From positions 1 through 38,884 of the IMG/VR virus record IMGVR_UViG_3300044728_000132: 38,884 bases of DNA; one strand, 5' to 3'. The stretch is from a virus (taxonomy: Duplodnaviria; Caudoviricetes). How positions within the stretch are numbered: the stretch's first letter is position 1; every line of letters starts with the position of its first letter. Shown here in pieces: positions 1 through 8,951 of this stretch. A model generated the notes under the pieces. The model searched no databases. It saw only the letters and a list, made by a program, of their open reading frames with translations, and was not told where the DNA came from. A program made the position numbers and the translations under genes.

Positions 1-11
1 ACTCGGGCTGG

Positions 12-1130
12 GTGCCCGGACAGAACGGCGCGTCCTCGACGGTGAGCGCGTGGAAGGGGGACCACGACCTCGGCTGCTCTCCTCCGACGATCCTGCGCGA
101 CGTCGCGGTGTCCGGGTCGAAAGACGCGTTCGACTTCGCTCAGACGTTCTGGTGGTGCGCTCCCGGCAACGACCCGACGAAGGGTCACGTCATGACGGGC
201 CTCGACACGACCGGGTACAACATCGTCTGGTTCGCGCCCAAGGACTATTTCTCGAACGTGAGCAAAGTGTGCTGGGACATCAACGAGACGCGGATGTCGC
301 GGCGGAAGTGGACGCAGGTCGTGTTCGTGTCACAGGCCGACGCGATCCGTTTCCCGTCGGGAGGCCCGACGCTGCCAGGTCTCAACGAGAACGTCGCCCG
401 CGGCACGGGCGGCTTTGACCTCGGCTACGTCAACCCCGACTTCCGCGAGAACAACGGGGTCACCGACGGCATCATCAGTCAGGGCGACACGGCCGGGTTC
501 CGCGATCTCGACGGGTCCGCCAACTGGTTCCAAGGTGACCACTGGACCGCGCAGTTCGTCGGGCCGAGCAACGACACCGACCGCGAGCAGACGACCGACA
601 AGGCGACCCGCTACAAGCACTGCCTGGAGAACGGCCCGAACAACTCGGTGATCTACACGAAGGACACGCCGGTCGGCTCGTTCGTGCGGACGTTGGCCAA
701 CTCGCACATTCCCCAAGGCGTCATCAAAGTCGTGTTCGAGGACGACGAGTACGACGGCCGCAAGGATGACCGGTTCGACCCGAACGTGCTGACGTGGCAC
801 TGGGACAACATCCAGGTGTTCTCCCCGGCGTCACCGCCGCCTCCGACCTCGACGACGTCTGGGCCGACGACGACCGTTCAGCCGACCACGACGACCGCAG
901 CGCCTACGACAACGGCTCCGACGACGACCCAACCGTCCACGACGACCTCGACGACGCAGCCCACCACGACGAGCTCGACGACAACGACCACGACCACGAC
1001 GGTTCCCGGCTCGACGACAACGACCATCGTCCCGATCCCCGCGTGTCCTGCCGGGTTCACGACGGCGCAGCGGAACTGGTGCCTTGCCGTCAACGCTCAC
1101 ATCGCAGCGTTGGAGGCGAAGGTCCACTGA
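12..1130 (+). CDS. Probable virion or secreted protein: beta-rich (lectin/glycoside hydrolase-like) domain, Thr/Pro-rich linker, short C-terminal coiled coil; probably 5'-truncated
   Basis: Frame is open back to the window start. Trp/Gly/Asp-rich domain ends ...WHWDNIQV, followed by ~70 aa of T/P/S and AVNAHIAALEAKVH. Confidence 0.6.
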   Translation: MPGQNGASSTVSAWKGDHDLGCSPPTILRDVAVSGSKDAFDFAQTFWWCAPGNDPTKGHVMTGLDTTGYNIVWFAPKDYFSNVSKVCWDINETRMSRRKWTQVVFVSQADAIRFPSGGPTLPGLNENVARGTGGFDLGYVNPDFRENNGVTDGIISQGDTAGFRDLDGSANWFQGDHWTAQFVGPSNDTDREQTTDKATRYKHCLENGPNNSVIYTKDTPVGSFVRTLANSHIPQGVIKVVFEDDEYDGRKDDRFDPNVLTWHWDNIQVFSPASPPPPTSTTSGPTTTVQPTTTTAAPTTTAPTTTQPSTTTSTTQPTTTSSTTTTTTTTVPGSTTTTIVPIPACPAGFTTAQRNWCLAVNAHIAALEAKVH

Positions 1131-1582
1131 CGGTCGACGCGGATCGGCTCTCCTTCGCTCGTCGAGGAGCACGCTCGGTCGTCCGGTTCGGATGGATGGC
1201 GGAGGAGTGCGAGCAGGCGGCGGTCGAGGCGTGCGTCCGACGTGAGCCGCTCTCGTGCTTCGGGGCGTACCGCGCCGGACGGTACGCGGCGATCGACGAA
1301 CTGCGCCGCCTGACCCAGCGGAGGCGGAGGCGACCGTTGACGCACGTCTCATGGCCGGTCGACGACGACGGCTGCGCTCTCGACTTCCCGGAAGAAGATG
1401 GTGGCGTGCTCGAACGGGTCGACGACCGCCAGACGCTGACCGCCTGGGCCAGTAAGCGGAGCGTCAACACGCAACGCGCGGTCGCGCTCGTCCTCTCGGG
1501 TCTTACCTTCGAGCAGGCCGCGGCGGAGATCGGCGTGAGTCCGTCGAGGCTCTCCCAGTACTGGCGGAGCGGTCCCGCGTAG
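1127..1582 (+). CDS. Sigma-70/ECF-like RNA polymerase sigma factor or HTH regulator (start uncertain: CTG 1127 or ATG 1196)
   Basis: Region 2-like AEECEQAAVEA...GRYAAIDELRR and region 4-like HTH GLTFEQAAAEIGVSPSRLSQ. GGAGG at 1112-1116 precedes CTG 1127, which overlaps the upstream stop. Confidence 0.6.
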   Translation: MTVDADRLSFARRGARSVVRFGWMAEECEQAAVEACVRREPLSCFGAYRAGRYAAIDELRRLTQRRRRRPLTHVSWPVDDDGCALDFPEEDGGVLERVDDRQTLTAWASKRSVNTQRAVALVLSGLTFEQAAAEIGVSPSRLSQYWRSGPA

Positions 1583-1591
1583 GATGCGCGG

Positions 1592-2122
1592 GTGACGACC
1601 GGCTACGTGTCTCTCCCGATCCCTGGGGGGATTGCCCCTGACGGCTCGGGCACCGTGAACAACCCGGCGACCCCCGAGGTGATGATTTCGTCGGGTACGC
1701 AGACAACGAACTCACCCAAGGTGACGCGGGTCTGGCTGCTGATGGATCCGACGACGGACGAGGCGTGGATGTGGTCGTTCACCTTGCCTGGCGACTACGC
1801 GTCGGGCGGGACTCTGCGCTGCACCTGGTCGACGAAGGGGACCAGCACGAACGGCATCACGTTGAAGGCCGCGGCCGCGATTCAGGTGGTGGGCACGACC
1901 GACTCGGACGCAGCGGTGTTCGACACGGTGGTGACGGCGAACGGGACGCCGTCCGCGACGCAGGGGGTGCAGACCCAGACGACGCTCGCGTTGACGATGA
2001 CGAACGCGGCGGCGAACCGCCCGTGCGTCATCATGGTCGGCCGCGATCCCGACAACGCGTCCGACACGAACGCCAACGATCTCTGCCTCCAGGAGGTCAT
2101 GTTCGAGTACACGACGACGTAG
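1592..2122 (+). CDS. Virion appendage protein (jelly-roll/tail-fibre head-like domain)
   Basis: Thr/Ala/Gly-rich beta protein with DPTTDE-W-FTLPGDY and RDPDNASDT...L..V.FEYTT, a pattern typical of phage fibre C-terminal domains; lies in the structural region. Confidence 0.6.
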   Translation: MTTGYVSLPIPGGIAPDGSGTVNNPATPEVMISSGTQTTNSPKVTRVWLLMDPTTDEAWMWSFTLPGDYASGGTLRCTWSTKGTSTNGITLKAAAAIQVVGTTDSDAAVFDTVVTANGTPSATQGVQTQTTLALTMTNAAANRPCVIMVGRDPDNASDTNANDLCLQEVMFEYTTT

Positions 2123-2129
2123 GCCCGCG

Positions 2130-2930
2130 ATGGCTCGGGTCTTCACCGGCAGCACGAACACGACTCGCCTCGACCGGACCGTCACCGCTCCAGCGTCCGT
2201 CTACTCCATCGGATGCTGGGCGAAGTTCGCGTCGTACGTCACGAACCGCGTCCTCCTCGGGACCGGAACGACGGTCGCTCTGTGGAGCGGACTGAAGACT
2301 GGCAACGCGACCGCACAGCGAATCGCGCTGGTGACCAACTGCGCGACGACCGACATGCAGGTCGAGGTTGCCGCTCCCGCGACGGGCGGATGGTATTGCG
2401 CCGTCGGTGTCCATGCGGGGCTTACGGCCACAGCGAATCCGGTCTACCTCGGGGACATCGCGACGCCGATGGCTGCGGCCGCTCACGTCGCGGATGCGAA
2501 CGGCGCTGGAGCGGTGGCGGTGCAGACGGCGGGATCGATCGGCAAGAACGCAGCGGTGTCCACGGCGATCGACGGGACGCTTGCGTTCCCGTTCATGGTG
2601 CCGTGGGTGATGACAGCCGACGAAGTCGAGCGCTACCGGGAGGGTGACTGGTCCGTCCTGTTCCGTGGCGGAACGCCGACCTTCTTCGTGCCTATGGAGG
2701 GTGGAGGCGCTGCGGCGTATGACCTCGCTGTTCCGGGCAACTGGACGGTCACGAGCGCTCCGGCGATCGTCGAGGACCCGCCGATCTCGTTCGGATTCGA
2801 TCCGGTCGTGAGCAAGGTGATCCGGAAGCGCGTGGCGGTGACTACGAACAGCAGCCCTGGCGGCGGGATGACTCCGTCGGGCGCAGCGCCGAAGTTGATC
2901 GGCAAGCCGCTCTCCGGAGCGTTCACGTGA
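2130..2930 (+). CDS. Concanavalin A/LamG-like lectin domain virion protein
   Basis: SIGCWAK...GWYCAVGV...IG...IDGTLA...MTADEV pattern resembles LamG-like domains. Confidence 0.6.
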   Translation: MARVFTGSTNTTRLDRTVTAPASVYSIGCWAKFASYVTNRVLLGTGTTVALWSGLKTGNATAQRIALVTNCATTDMQVEVAAPATGGWYCAVGVHAGLTATANPVYLGDIATPMAAAAHVADANGAGAVAVQTAGSIGKNAAVSTAIDGTLAFPFMVPWVMTADEVERYREGDWSVLFRGGTPTFFVPMEGGGAAAYDLAVPGNWTVTSAPAIVEDPPISFGFDPVVSKVIRKRVAVTTNSSPGGGMTPSGAAPKLIGKPLSGAFT

Positions 2931-5329
2931 CGCTCGCCCTGCTGGAACACAACAATCAGAACTTCGGCGGCGGTCCCAACAACGTCGTGACCGCGTCGGT
3001 CACCGCGGCGACCGGGCCGTACCTGTTCTGTCTTGCGGGCGCTGGCGACAACACCGGCTTCACCGTCACCGGAGCGGGCCTCAGCTGGTCGCTCGTCTCG
3101 TTCAACAACCACGCCGGGGCCTACGAAGGCATCTGGCTCGGGACGGGCACACCGACGACGGGAGCGATCACCGCGACCCCGACGGGTGGCTCGTTCAACA
3201 ACCGCGCCGCCTGGTATGTGATCGACGCGCCGGGCGTCACGTCGGTCACGAACGCGTCGACGAACACGTCGTCGGACTGGGCGAGCATCGGCGTCACGAT
3301 CGGCGGCACTCCCGGCTCGGGTGACTACACGTTCGCGATCGCCAACTCGGGCCGTGACCTCTCGGGTGCGTTGTCGTCGTGGTCGGCGGGATGGGCGACG
3401 GTCGGCGCTGGCGAGGACAACCTCAACTCGGTTGGCGAGATCGTCGTCGGCGTAGCGACGAATCACAATCAGTCGCCGCTTGCGACGTTCGTCGGGTCGG
3501 GTGGGGCGAACGGCGGGATCATCGGCGTGATCCTCGTCGGCGCTGCTGGCGGAACGACGACACCGAAGTCTGTCGGCGGCGGGATCACGCCGACGGGATC
3601 GTTGACGCCGACGAAGATTCCGTTGGCCTCGACGAAACTCGTCGGGACCCTCGCGAAGCGGGGGAACAAGCCAGAAGCCGGAGGTCTCACGCCGACCGGC
3701 TCGTTGACGAAGGTCCTCTCGATCTTCCGGACCTTCACGGGAGGGATCACTCCGGCTGGAGCGATCGCGAAGCGGGTCAACAAGAGTCCGGCTGGAGGTC
3801 TGACTCCGTCGGGGACGGTGACCCGCGCGGTCATTCGGGCGAAGGCCGTTGGCGGGACGATCACTCCCGCGGGCACGATCGCGAAGCGGACGAACAAGAA
3901 CACCGCAGGATCGATCACACCGACGGGCACCGAGTCCGAGGGCGACGCGAAGTTGCTCACCGGCAGCATCACCCCGGCAGGCACGCTCGCCAAGCGCGTG
4001 ACGAAGGCGCTCGCCGGGACCATCGCACCGTCGGGCACACTCACCGTCTCGGACATCCGCGCCGCCCTGTCGGGGCAGATCACGTCAGCGGGCACGCTGA
4101 GCAAACTCGTCACGAAGGCGCTGGCTGCGGGCTCGACACCGACCGGCTCGCTGTCCACCTCGTTCATCGCGGGCTCCACCACGACGAACAAGTCAGTCGA
4201 CGGCGCGATCACTCCGACGGGCACGGTGGCCCGCCTGGTCATCACGGCCCGTGCTGGCGCCATCACCCCCACGGGGACCGTGGCCAAGGTCACCAGGAAG
4301 ACCCCCCAGGGCACCGTAGGGCCGACAGGATCACTGACGACGGGGGCCACACACCCCCGGACCCTCACGGGCTCCCTGACGCCTACAGGCTCGCTGTCCC
4401 GCCAGGTGCTGAAGACCCTCGGCGGTGGCCTCACCCCGACAGGCGCGGAGACCAGGCTCACCACGCGGACACTCACCGGCGGGCTCACTCCTACGGGCAC
4501 GGTCGGGCGTGTCTTCCCGCGCACCCTCACCGCCGCAATCGCGACGGCGGGCACGCTGGTCCGCTCGGTCCGGAAAGCCCTCGGCGGGACGCTCACGCCC
4601 GCTGGCACCGAGACGCGGCTCACGGCCCATCACACGAGCGGTGAGATCACACCGGCTGCGACGCTGAGCACGCAGTCGGGCAGCACCGTCAGCCTCTCGT
4701 CGAACATCACGCCGACCGGCTCACTGCACGTCCTCGTCTTCCGCAACCTGACCGCGGGCTCGACACCGACCGGCACGCTGGGCCACACACAACCGAAGGC
4801 GCTCACCGGGAGCATCACCCCGACCGGCGCGTTGACCCGTCTCACGGCGCGCACGCTGACGGGCACGATCAGTTCGACGGGTTCGCTGGTCACGCAGACC
4901 GGCAACAACATCACGCTGACGGGCTCGATCGGTGCGAGCGGCACCTTGCACGTGCTCGTGCTCCGCAACCTCAGCGGAACGGTCACGTCGAACGGCACTG
5001 TCCGGAAGCTGATCGGGTTCAACCTCGACGGCAGCGTGACATCAGACGGCGGGTTCGGTTCGTCGACGGTCGACACGCTCTTCCTCACCGGGACCGTCAC
5101 CTCGAGTGGCACTCGCTTCGCCGAAGTCGAGTTGCGGCTGGGCGGCACGCTGCTGCCTGTCGGCTCGCTAGCCGCGGTGAAGATTGCCGGTGTCGTCCCG
5201 ACGACGGTGGTCATCGAGGTCGAGTGCCGCGCGCAGGTGCCGATCGTGGCGAGGGTGTGCCCGCAGACGGTGATCGAGGTCGAGGTGCGCGACTCGTGGT
5301 CGATCGCTACGACGGCGCGGCGGGCATGA
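2927..5329 (+). CDS. Large repeat-rich structural (fibre/appendage) protein
   Basis: 800 aa: N-terminal beta domain followed by many ~17-20 aa repeats of (K/R)xLxGx(I/L)TPTG(T/S)(L/V); GTGA overlap with the previous gene. Confidence 0.7.
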   Translation: MTLALLEHNNQNFGGGPNNVVTASVTAATGPYLFCLAGAGDNTGFTVTGAGLSWSLVSFNNHAGAYEGIWLGTGTPTTGAITATPTGGSFNNRAAWYVIDAPGVTSVTNASTNTSSDWASIGVTIGGTPGSGDYTFAIANSGRDLSGALSSWSAGWATVGAGEDNLNSVGEIVVGVATNHNQSPLATFVGSGGANGGIIGVILVGAAGGTTTPKSVGGGITPTGSLTPTKIPLASTKLVGTLAKRGNKPEAGGLTPTGSLTKVLSIFRTFTGGITPAGAIAKRVNKSPAGGLTPSGTVTRAVIRAKAVGGTITPAGTIAKRTNKNTAGSITPTGTESEGDAKLLTGSITPAGTLAKRVTKALAGTIAPSGTLTVSDIRAALSGQITSAGTLSKLVTKALAAGSTPTGSLSTSFIAGSTTTNKSVDGAITPTGTVARLVITARAGAITPTGTVAKVTRKTPQGTVGPTGSLTTGATHPRTLTGSLTPTGSLSRQVLKTLGGGLTPTGAETRLTTRTLTGGLTPTGTVGRVFPRTLTAAIATAGTLVRSVRKALGGTLTPAGTETRLTAHHTSGEITPAATLSTQSGSTVSLSSNITPTGSLHVLVFRNLTAGSTPTGTLGHTQPKALTGSITPTGALTRLTARTLTGTISSTGSLVTQTGNNITLTGSIGASGTLHVLVLRNLSGTVTSNGTVRKLIGFNLDGSVTSDGGFGSSTVDTLFLTGTVTSSGTRFAEVELRLGGTLLPVGSLAAVKIAGVVPTTVVIEVECRAQVPIVARVCPQTVIEVEVRDSWSIATTARRA

Positions 5330-5342
5330 CAGACTGACGCAC

Positions 5343-5657
5343 GTGACGACGTGCTGCCTCGACGACATCGAGATCGGCGGGGCCGCTGAGATCGTCGGCC
5401 GGTTCTTCACCTACCCGGCTGGTGTGAAGACGCTGACGAACCCGCCCGCGGTGTCGTTCGAATACTTCAAGCCTGACGGCTCGCACATCGTCCTCCCGCC
5501 TGGCGACGCGTTGATCTTCCACGACGGCACGGGCATCTACCGCACGGTCGTCCCGGCTGACGACGATGGTGTGTGGCGTGGCCGGTGGATCGTGTCGGGC
5601 GGGGTGACGGGCGCGCAGTCGGTGACCTGGTGCGTGCTCGCTAGCGCGTTCGCGTAA
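5343..5657 (+). CDS. Small Ig-like/BppU-like virion adaptor protein
   Basis: TNP..V.F...KPDG...DGTGIY...GVWRGRW pattern, common in small phage structural proteins. Confidence 0.55.
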   Translation: MTTCCLDDIEIGGAAEIVGRFFTYPAGVKTLTNPPAVSFEYFKPDGSHIVLPPGDALIFHDGTGIYRTVVPADDDGVWRGRWIVSGGVTGAQSVTWCVLASAFA

Positions 5658-5677
5658 AGCGGGTACGGTGCCGCGGC

Positions 5678-5791
5678 GTGGGCGGCGTGATCCTGTTCGC
5701 GATCCTCGTGGCGGTCGGGTGTGTCGTGCTGTTCGTGGTGGCGATGCTGTTCCTCGGGTTCATCTCACGGCACAACGACGGCAGGGACTAG
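5678..5791 (+). CDS. 37-aa single-pass membrane protein (not in the ORF track)
   Basis: GTG...TAG encodes MGGVILFAILVAVGCVVLFVVAMLFLGFISRHNDGRD; fills the intergenic gap; TACGGT -10-like hexamer 8 nt upstream. Confidence 0.6.
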   Translation: MGGVILFAILVAVGCVVLFVVAMLFLGFISRHNDGRD

Positions 5792-5800
5792 CGTTCGGTC

Positions 5801-6559
5801 ATGCCCGCTGCACCGGCCTGGTCGCTCTGCACTGACTGGATCACAGACGAGCAGCTGACGGATGGGTGTGCTGCGTGTGAGACCGACCTGACGCATGTCT
5901 CCGAGACCGACCGCGCGTATGCGATCACCCTCGCGTCGCAGGTGCTGTTCGAGTTGACGGGGCGCCGGTGGCCTGGCCTTTGCACCACGACGAACGAGCG
6001 GCCCTGCGGACGGCACGTGGTCGGCTGCTGCGACTGCCCGCACCTGTCCGCTATCCGGTTGAGCAACGGGCCTGTCGACGCGTCGTCGATCGTCGTCACC
6101 GCTGACGGCGAGGTCGTGCCGACCGACGAGTACGCGCTGATCCGAGGGCGCATGGTGATCGGCCTGACGGACCCGCTGACGGGCATCCGTCGAGTGTGGC
6201 CGTGCTGCCAGCGGCTCGACCTGCCGCTCACCGAGGAGGGCACACTCGCCTTCACCTACCAGTGGGGGAACCTCCCGCCTGAAGGGTCGGTGCTCCCGGC
6301 GACGTTCCTCGCACGCGACTACGCGCTGGCTTGCGCGAGCGGTGGGCAGTGCTCGTCGTGCTCGATCCCCGAGGACGTTCAGAACCTCGTGCGGCAGGGC
6401 ATGTCGATGGCGATCCCCGACCCGAAGGTGCTCCTGTCTGACGGTTTCACTGGTGTCGGCATCACCGACGCCTGGCTTGCATCCCTTCGCTTCGGTGCGA
6501 AGGCTCGACGGGCGACCGCGTCCCGTCCCTCCGGTCGGCAGGCGCAGCGCGTGCAGTGA
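5801..6559 (+). CDS. Head-to-tail adaptor
   Basis: ASQVLFELTGRRWPG.C...RPC, WPCCQ, YQWG..PP, LA...AC...C.IP..V...RQG pattern of actinophage adaptors. Confidence 0.75.
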   Translation: MPAAPAWSLCTDWITDEQLTDGCAACETDLTHVSETDRAYAITLASQVLFELTGRRWPGLCTTTNERPCGRHVVGCCDCPHLSAIRLSNGPVDASSIVVTADGEVVPTDEYALIRGRMVIGLTDPLTGIRRVWPCCQRLDLPLTEEGTLAFTYQWGNLPPEGSVLPATFLARDYALACASGGQCSSCSIPEDVQNLVRQGMSMAIPDPKVLLSDGFTGVGITDAWLASLRFGAKARRATASRPSGRQAQRVQ

Positions 6560-7479
6560 CGCGGGTTGGGTACATCGGCAACTTCACTCGCCCGTGGTGC
6601 ACAGAGGTGCACGTCGCTGGGTCGCTCACGTCGCTGGGCCATGAGGTCGTGCAGCTTCAGGAGAACGCCGTCGACTTCGACCGGCTGCAGCCGCGCTTCG
6701 ACCTGCTGCTGTGGACGCGTACGTGGGAGGTCGAGCGCGACGCGGCTGAGCGGATGCTCGTGCGGTTCCGCGACGCGGGTGTCCCGTCGGTGTCGTTCCA
6801 CCTCGACCGCTTCCACGGCCTCGACCGCGAGTACCTGATCGCGCAGGAACCGTTCTTCAGGACCGACGTGCTGTTCTCACCTGATGACGGGCCGTGGGAG
6901 AAGTACGGCGTGCACCACGTGTGGATGCCGCCTGGCGTGTATCACGCCGAGTGTGTTGTGAAGCCTGCGCGCCCTGGCCGCTGGCCGTTCGACGTGGTGT
7001 TCGTTGGCTCGCACCCGTACCCGCACAAGGAGTGGGAGCCGGTGCGCACTCGTCTGATTGACACGTTCAAGCGCGCGTTCGGCAAGCGGTTCGCGATCCT
7101 GCCCGCGCCGAACCGGCCGCTGCGCGGCGCGGGATTGCAGTCGCTCTACTCGACGGTGCCCGTGGTGCTCGGTGACTCCTGCCTGGTCGGTGACCCGTAC
7201 CGCTACTGGTCGGACCGCATCCCCGAAACGCTCGGGCGTGGCGCTGCGCTGATCCATCCCGACGTCGACGGGATGGCGGACTGGTACGACGACTCCTACC
7301 ACCTCGTGAACTACTGCGTGAAGTACCCCGACGACGCGGTTGACTGCGCGTACCGCCTGCTCGCTGAGCCCGACCTGCGCGCACGGATCGCAACGCAAGG
7401 CCGCGAGACAGTGCTGGGCCGTGACACCTACCGGCACCGAATGCGGACCGTCCTCGAGTACGTGGGGGCAATGGTGTGA
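6556..7479 (+). CDS. Glycosyltransferase (CgeB/Glyco_trans_1_2-like)
   Basis: DVVFVGS, YWSDRIPETLGRG..LIHP, R..IA..G.E.V...DTY.HR motifs. Confidence 0.85.
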   Translation: MTRVGYIGNFTRPWCTEVHVAGSLTSLGHEVVQLQENAVDFDRLQPRFDLLLWTRTWEVERDAAERMLVRFRDAGVPSVSFHLDRFHGLDREYLIAQEPFFRTDVLFSPDDGPWEKYGVHHVWMPPGVYHAECVVKPARPGRWPFDVVFVGSHPYPHKEWEPVRTRLIDTFKRAFGKRFAILPAPNRPLRGAGLQSLYSTVPVVLGDSCLVGDPYRYWSDRIPETLGRGAALIHPDVDGMADWYDDSYHLVNYCVKYPDDAVDCAYRLLAEPDLRARIATQGRETVLGRDTYRHRMRTVLEYVGAMV

Positions 7480-8138
7480 GAGAGGCGCAACTCGGTGACT
7501 GGTCGGCCGTGTTCGACCCGCGCGACCTCGACATCGCGGGCGACGACTTCGTGGTCGTCGTCGAGGTGTGGGACCGCAACGACTATCGGGTCACCGGGTT
7601 CTCGGGCACGGTGATCGACGTCGGCGCGAACGTCGGCGCGTTCACCGTGCTGGCCGCGAAGGCGGGGGCTCGGCATGTGATCGCGGTCGAACCGACAGAC
7701 ACGAACCGTGAGCGCCTGCTCCACCACCTCGCGCTCAACGGTGTGGCCGACGAGGTGACGGTGCTCGACGTCGCGGTCACGGGACGGAGCGGGCAGTCGG
7801 TCGGGATGGTCGGTGATGGTGGCGGCGCGCAGGTCGCTGGCACGGGCGACGTGGAGACGGTCACGCTGGTCGAGCTCCTCGATAGGTACGGCCCGATCGA
7901 GATGCTGAAGGTCGACATCGAGGGCGGCGAGTTCGAGGCGTTCGCCGCGGTGCCTGTCGACGCGTTGCGTGGGGTGGAGCGCATCGCGATGGAGTGGCAC
8001 GGGCCCGCGTCGCCGCATCTCTCATGGCTTGAGGGCGACGAGTTGGCGCGGCTGTTCATGCTGCTCGCTGACGCGGGCCGAGTGGAAACTTTCGGGCATC
8101 CCGCGCGTGGTGGGCTGCTCTACTGGACGAGGTACTAA
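7476..8138 (+). CDS. FkbM-family SAM-dependent methyltransferase
   Basis: VIDVGANVGAFT, VIAVEP, LKVDIEGGEF, MEWH. Confidence 0.9.
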   Translation: MREAQLGDWSAVFDPRDLDIAGDDFVVVVEVWDRNDYRVTGFSGTVIDVGANVGAFTVLAAKAGARHVIAVEPTDTNRERLLHHLALNGVADEVTVLDVAVTGRSGQSVGMVGDGGGAQVAGTGDVETVTLVELLDRYGPIEMLKVDIEGGEFEAFAAVPVDALRGVERIAMEWHGPASPHLSWLEGDELARLFMLLADAGRVETFGHPARGGLLYWTRY

Positions 8139-8182
8139 GCGTGCGTTTAGCCCCCTAGTGCGGCACCCTATAAAGACCGACA

Positions 8183-8203
8183 ACCGAAGGAGAGAGACCA
8201 TGC
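8183..8203 (+). promoter_or_regulatory. Start-associated sequence copy 1 (ACCGAAGGA-GAGAGACCATGC)
   Basis: Read directly; spans the RBS and ATG 8200. Confidence 0.75.
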
Positions 8204-8739
8204 GGAAGATGTTGACGATCGTGGGGCTGCTGCTGGCAGTCTTCGCCGCGATCCTGATGATGGCTGGCCCTGCGTCAGCGTGCGGCGGGCCCTGTCCCAC
8301 CGTGCCGACAACTATCGCCACCACCACGACTGCACCATGCGATACCGAGAACGGGCGTGAGTGCCCGACCACGACCATCGCACCGACCACCACCGCGACG
8401 ACCATCGCGACCACCACGACCAAGCCGCAGGAGACGACCACGACTGGCAACGTGGGCATCTGCTGCTTGCAGGCCGGAACGACGGTCCCCTCGACCGCCA
8501 CGACGGGTGCGACCACGACCCTCGCACCGACCACTACCCCCGCACCGACCACGACGGCAGCACCCGTGGTGACCACCGCCGTCGACCAGACGGTCCCCGC
8601 TGAGGCGGCGGTCGTGCCCGCACCTGACAAGACGTTGCCCGTGACGGGGTTCGGCTGGCTCCCGTGGGTGATGGTCGCGATCGGGCTGATCGTGTTCTCG
8701 GTCCCGATGCTCATCGCTGCCCGTATCGGCAGGCGGTGA
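8200..8739 (+). CDS. Secreted Thr-rich (mucin-like) LPXTG cell-wall-anchored protein, 179 aa
   Basis: Strong RBS before ATG 8200; signal peptide MRKMLTIVGLLLAVFAAILMMAGPASA; Thr/Pro-rich body; LPVTG (8635-8649) followed by a TM helix and a basic tail (RIGRR). Confidence 0.85.
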   Translation: MRKMLTIVGLLLAVFAAILMMAGPASACGGPCPTVPTTIATTTTAPCDTENGRECPTTTIAPTTTATTIATTTTKPQETTTTGNVGICCLQAGTTVPSTATTGATTTLAPTTTPAPTTTAAPVVTTAVDQTVPAEAAVVPAPDKTLPVTGFGWLPWVMVAIGLIVFSVPMLIAARIGRR

Positions 8740-8951
8740 AGGGGCGGTACGTCCCTGAGGTGATGTTCGGCAGCGCCCTCGCAATGGGGGCGCTGTCGTT
8801 CGTCATCACAGCGGACAACATCGGCAGGCACGGCCTGAGCGCGTACGACCTGTTCGTGAGCGCGATCGCGGTGGGCACGATGATCGGGTCGGCCATCGCC
8901 CTGTACGTCCAACGGGACCGTCGTAGGGATCGGGTGTGGTGGACCCGGTAG
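8736..8951 (+). CDS. Small two-TM membrane protein
   Basis: GTGA overlap; two hydrophobic segments and an Arg-rich C-terminus. Confidence 0.6.
   Translation: MKGRYVPEVMFGSALAMGALSFVITADNIGRHGLSAYDLFVSAIAVGTMIGSAIALYVQRDRRRDRVWWTR

Noticed and set aside
794-1126. N-terminal extension of the 794-1582 ORF and similar upstream extensions in the ORF track (7969, 9232, 11095, 19117, 20566)
   Set aside because: They overlap upstream genes out of frame; starts were reassigned to RBS-supported or overlap-coupled codons.
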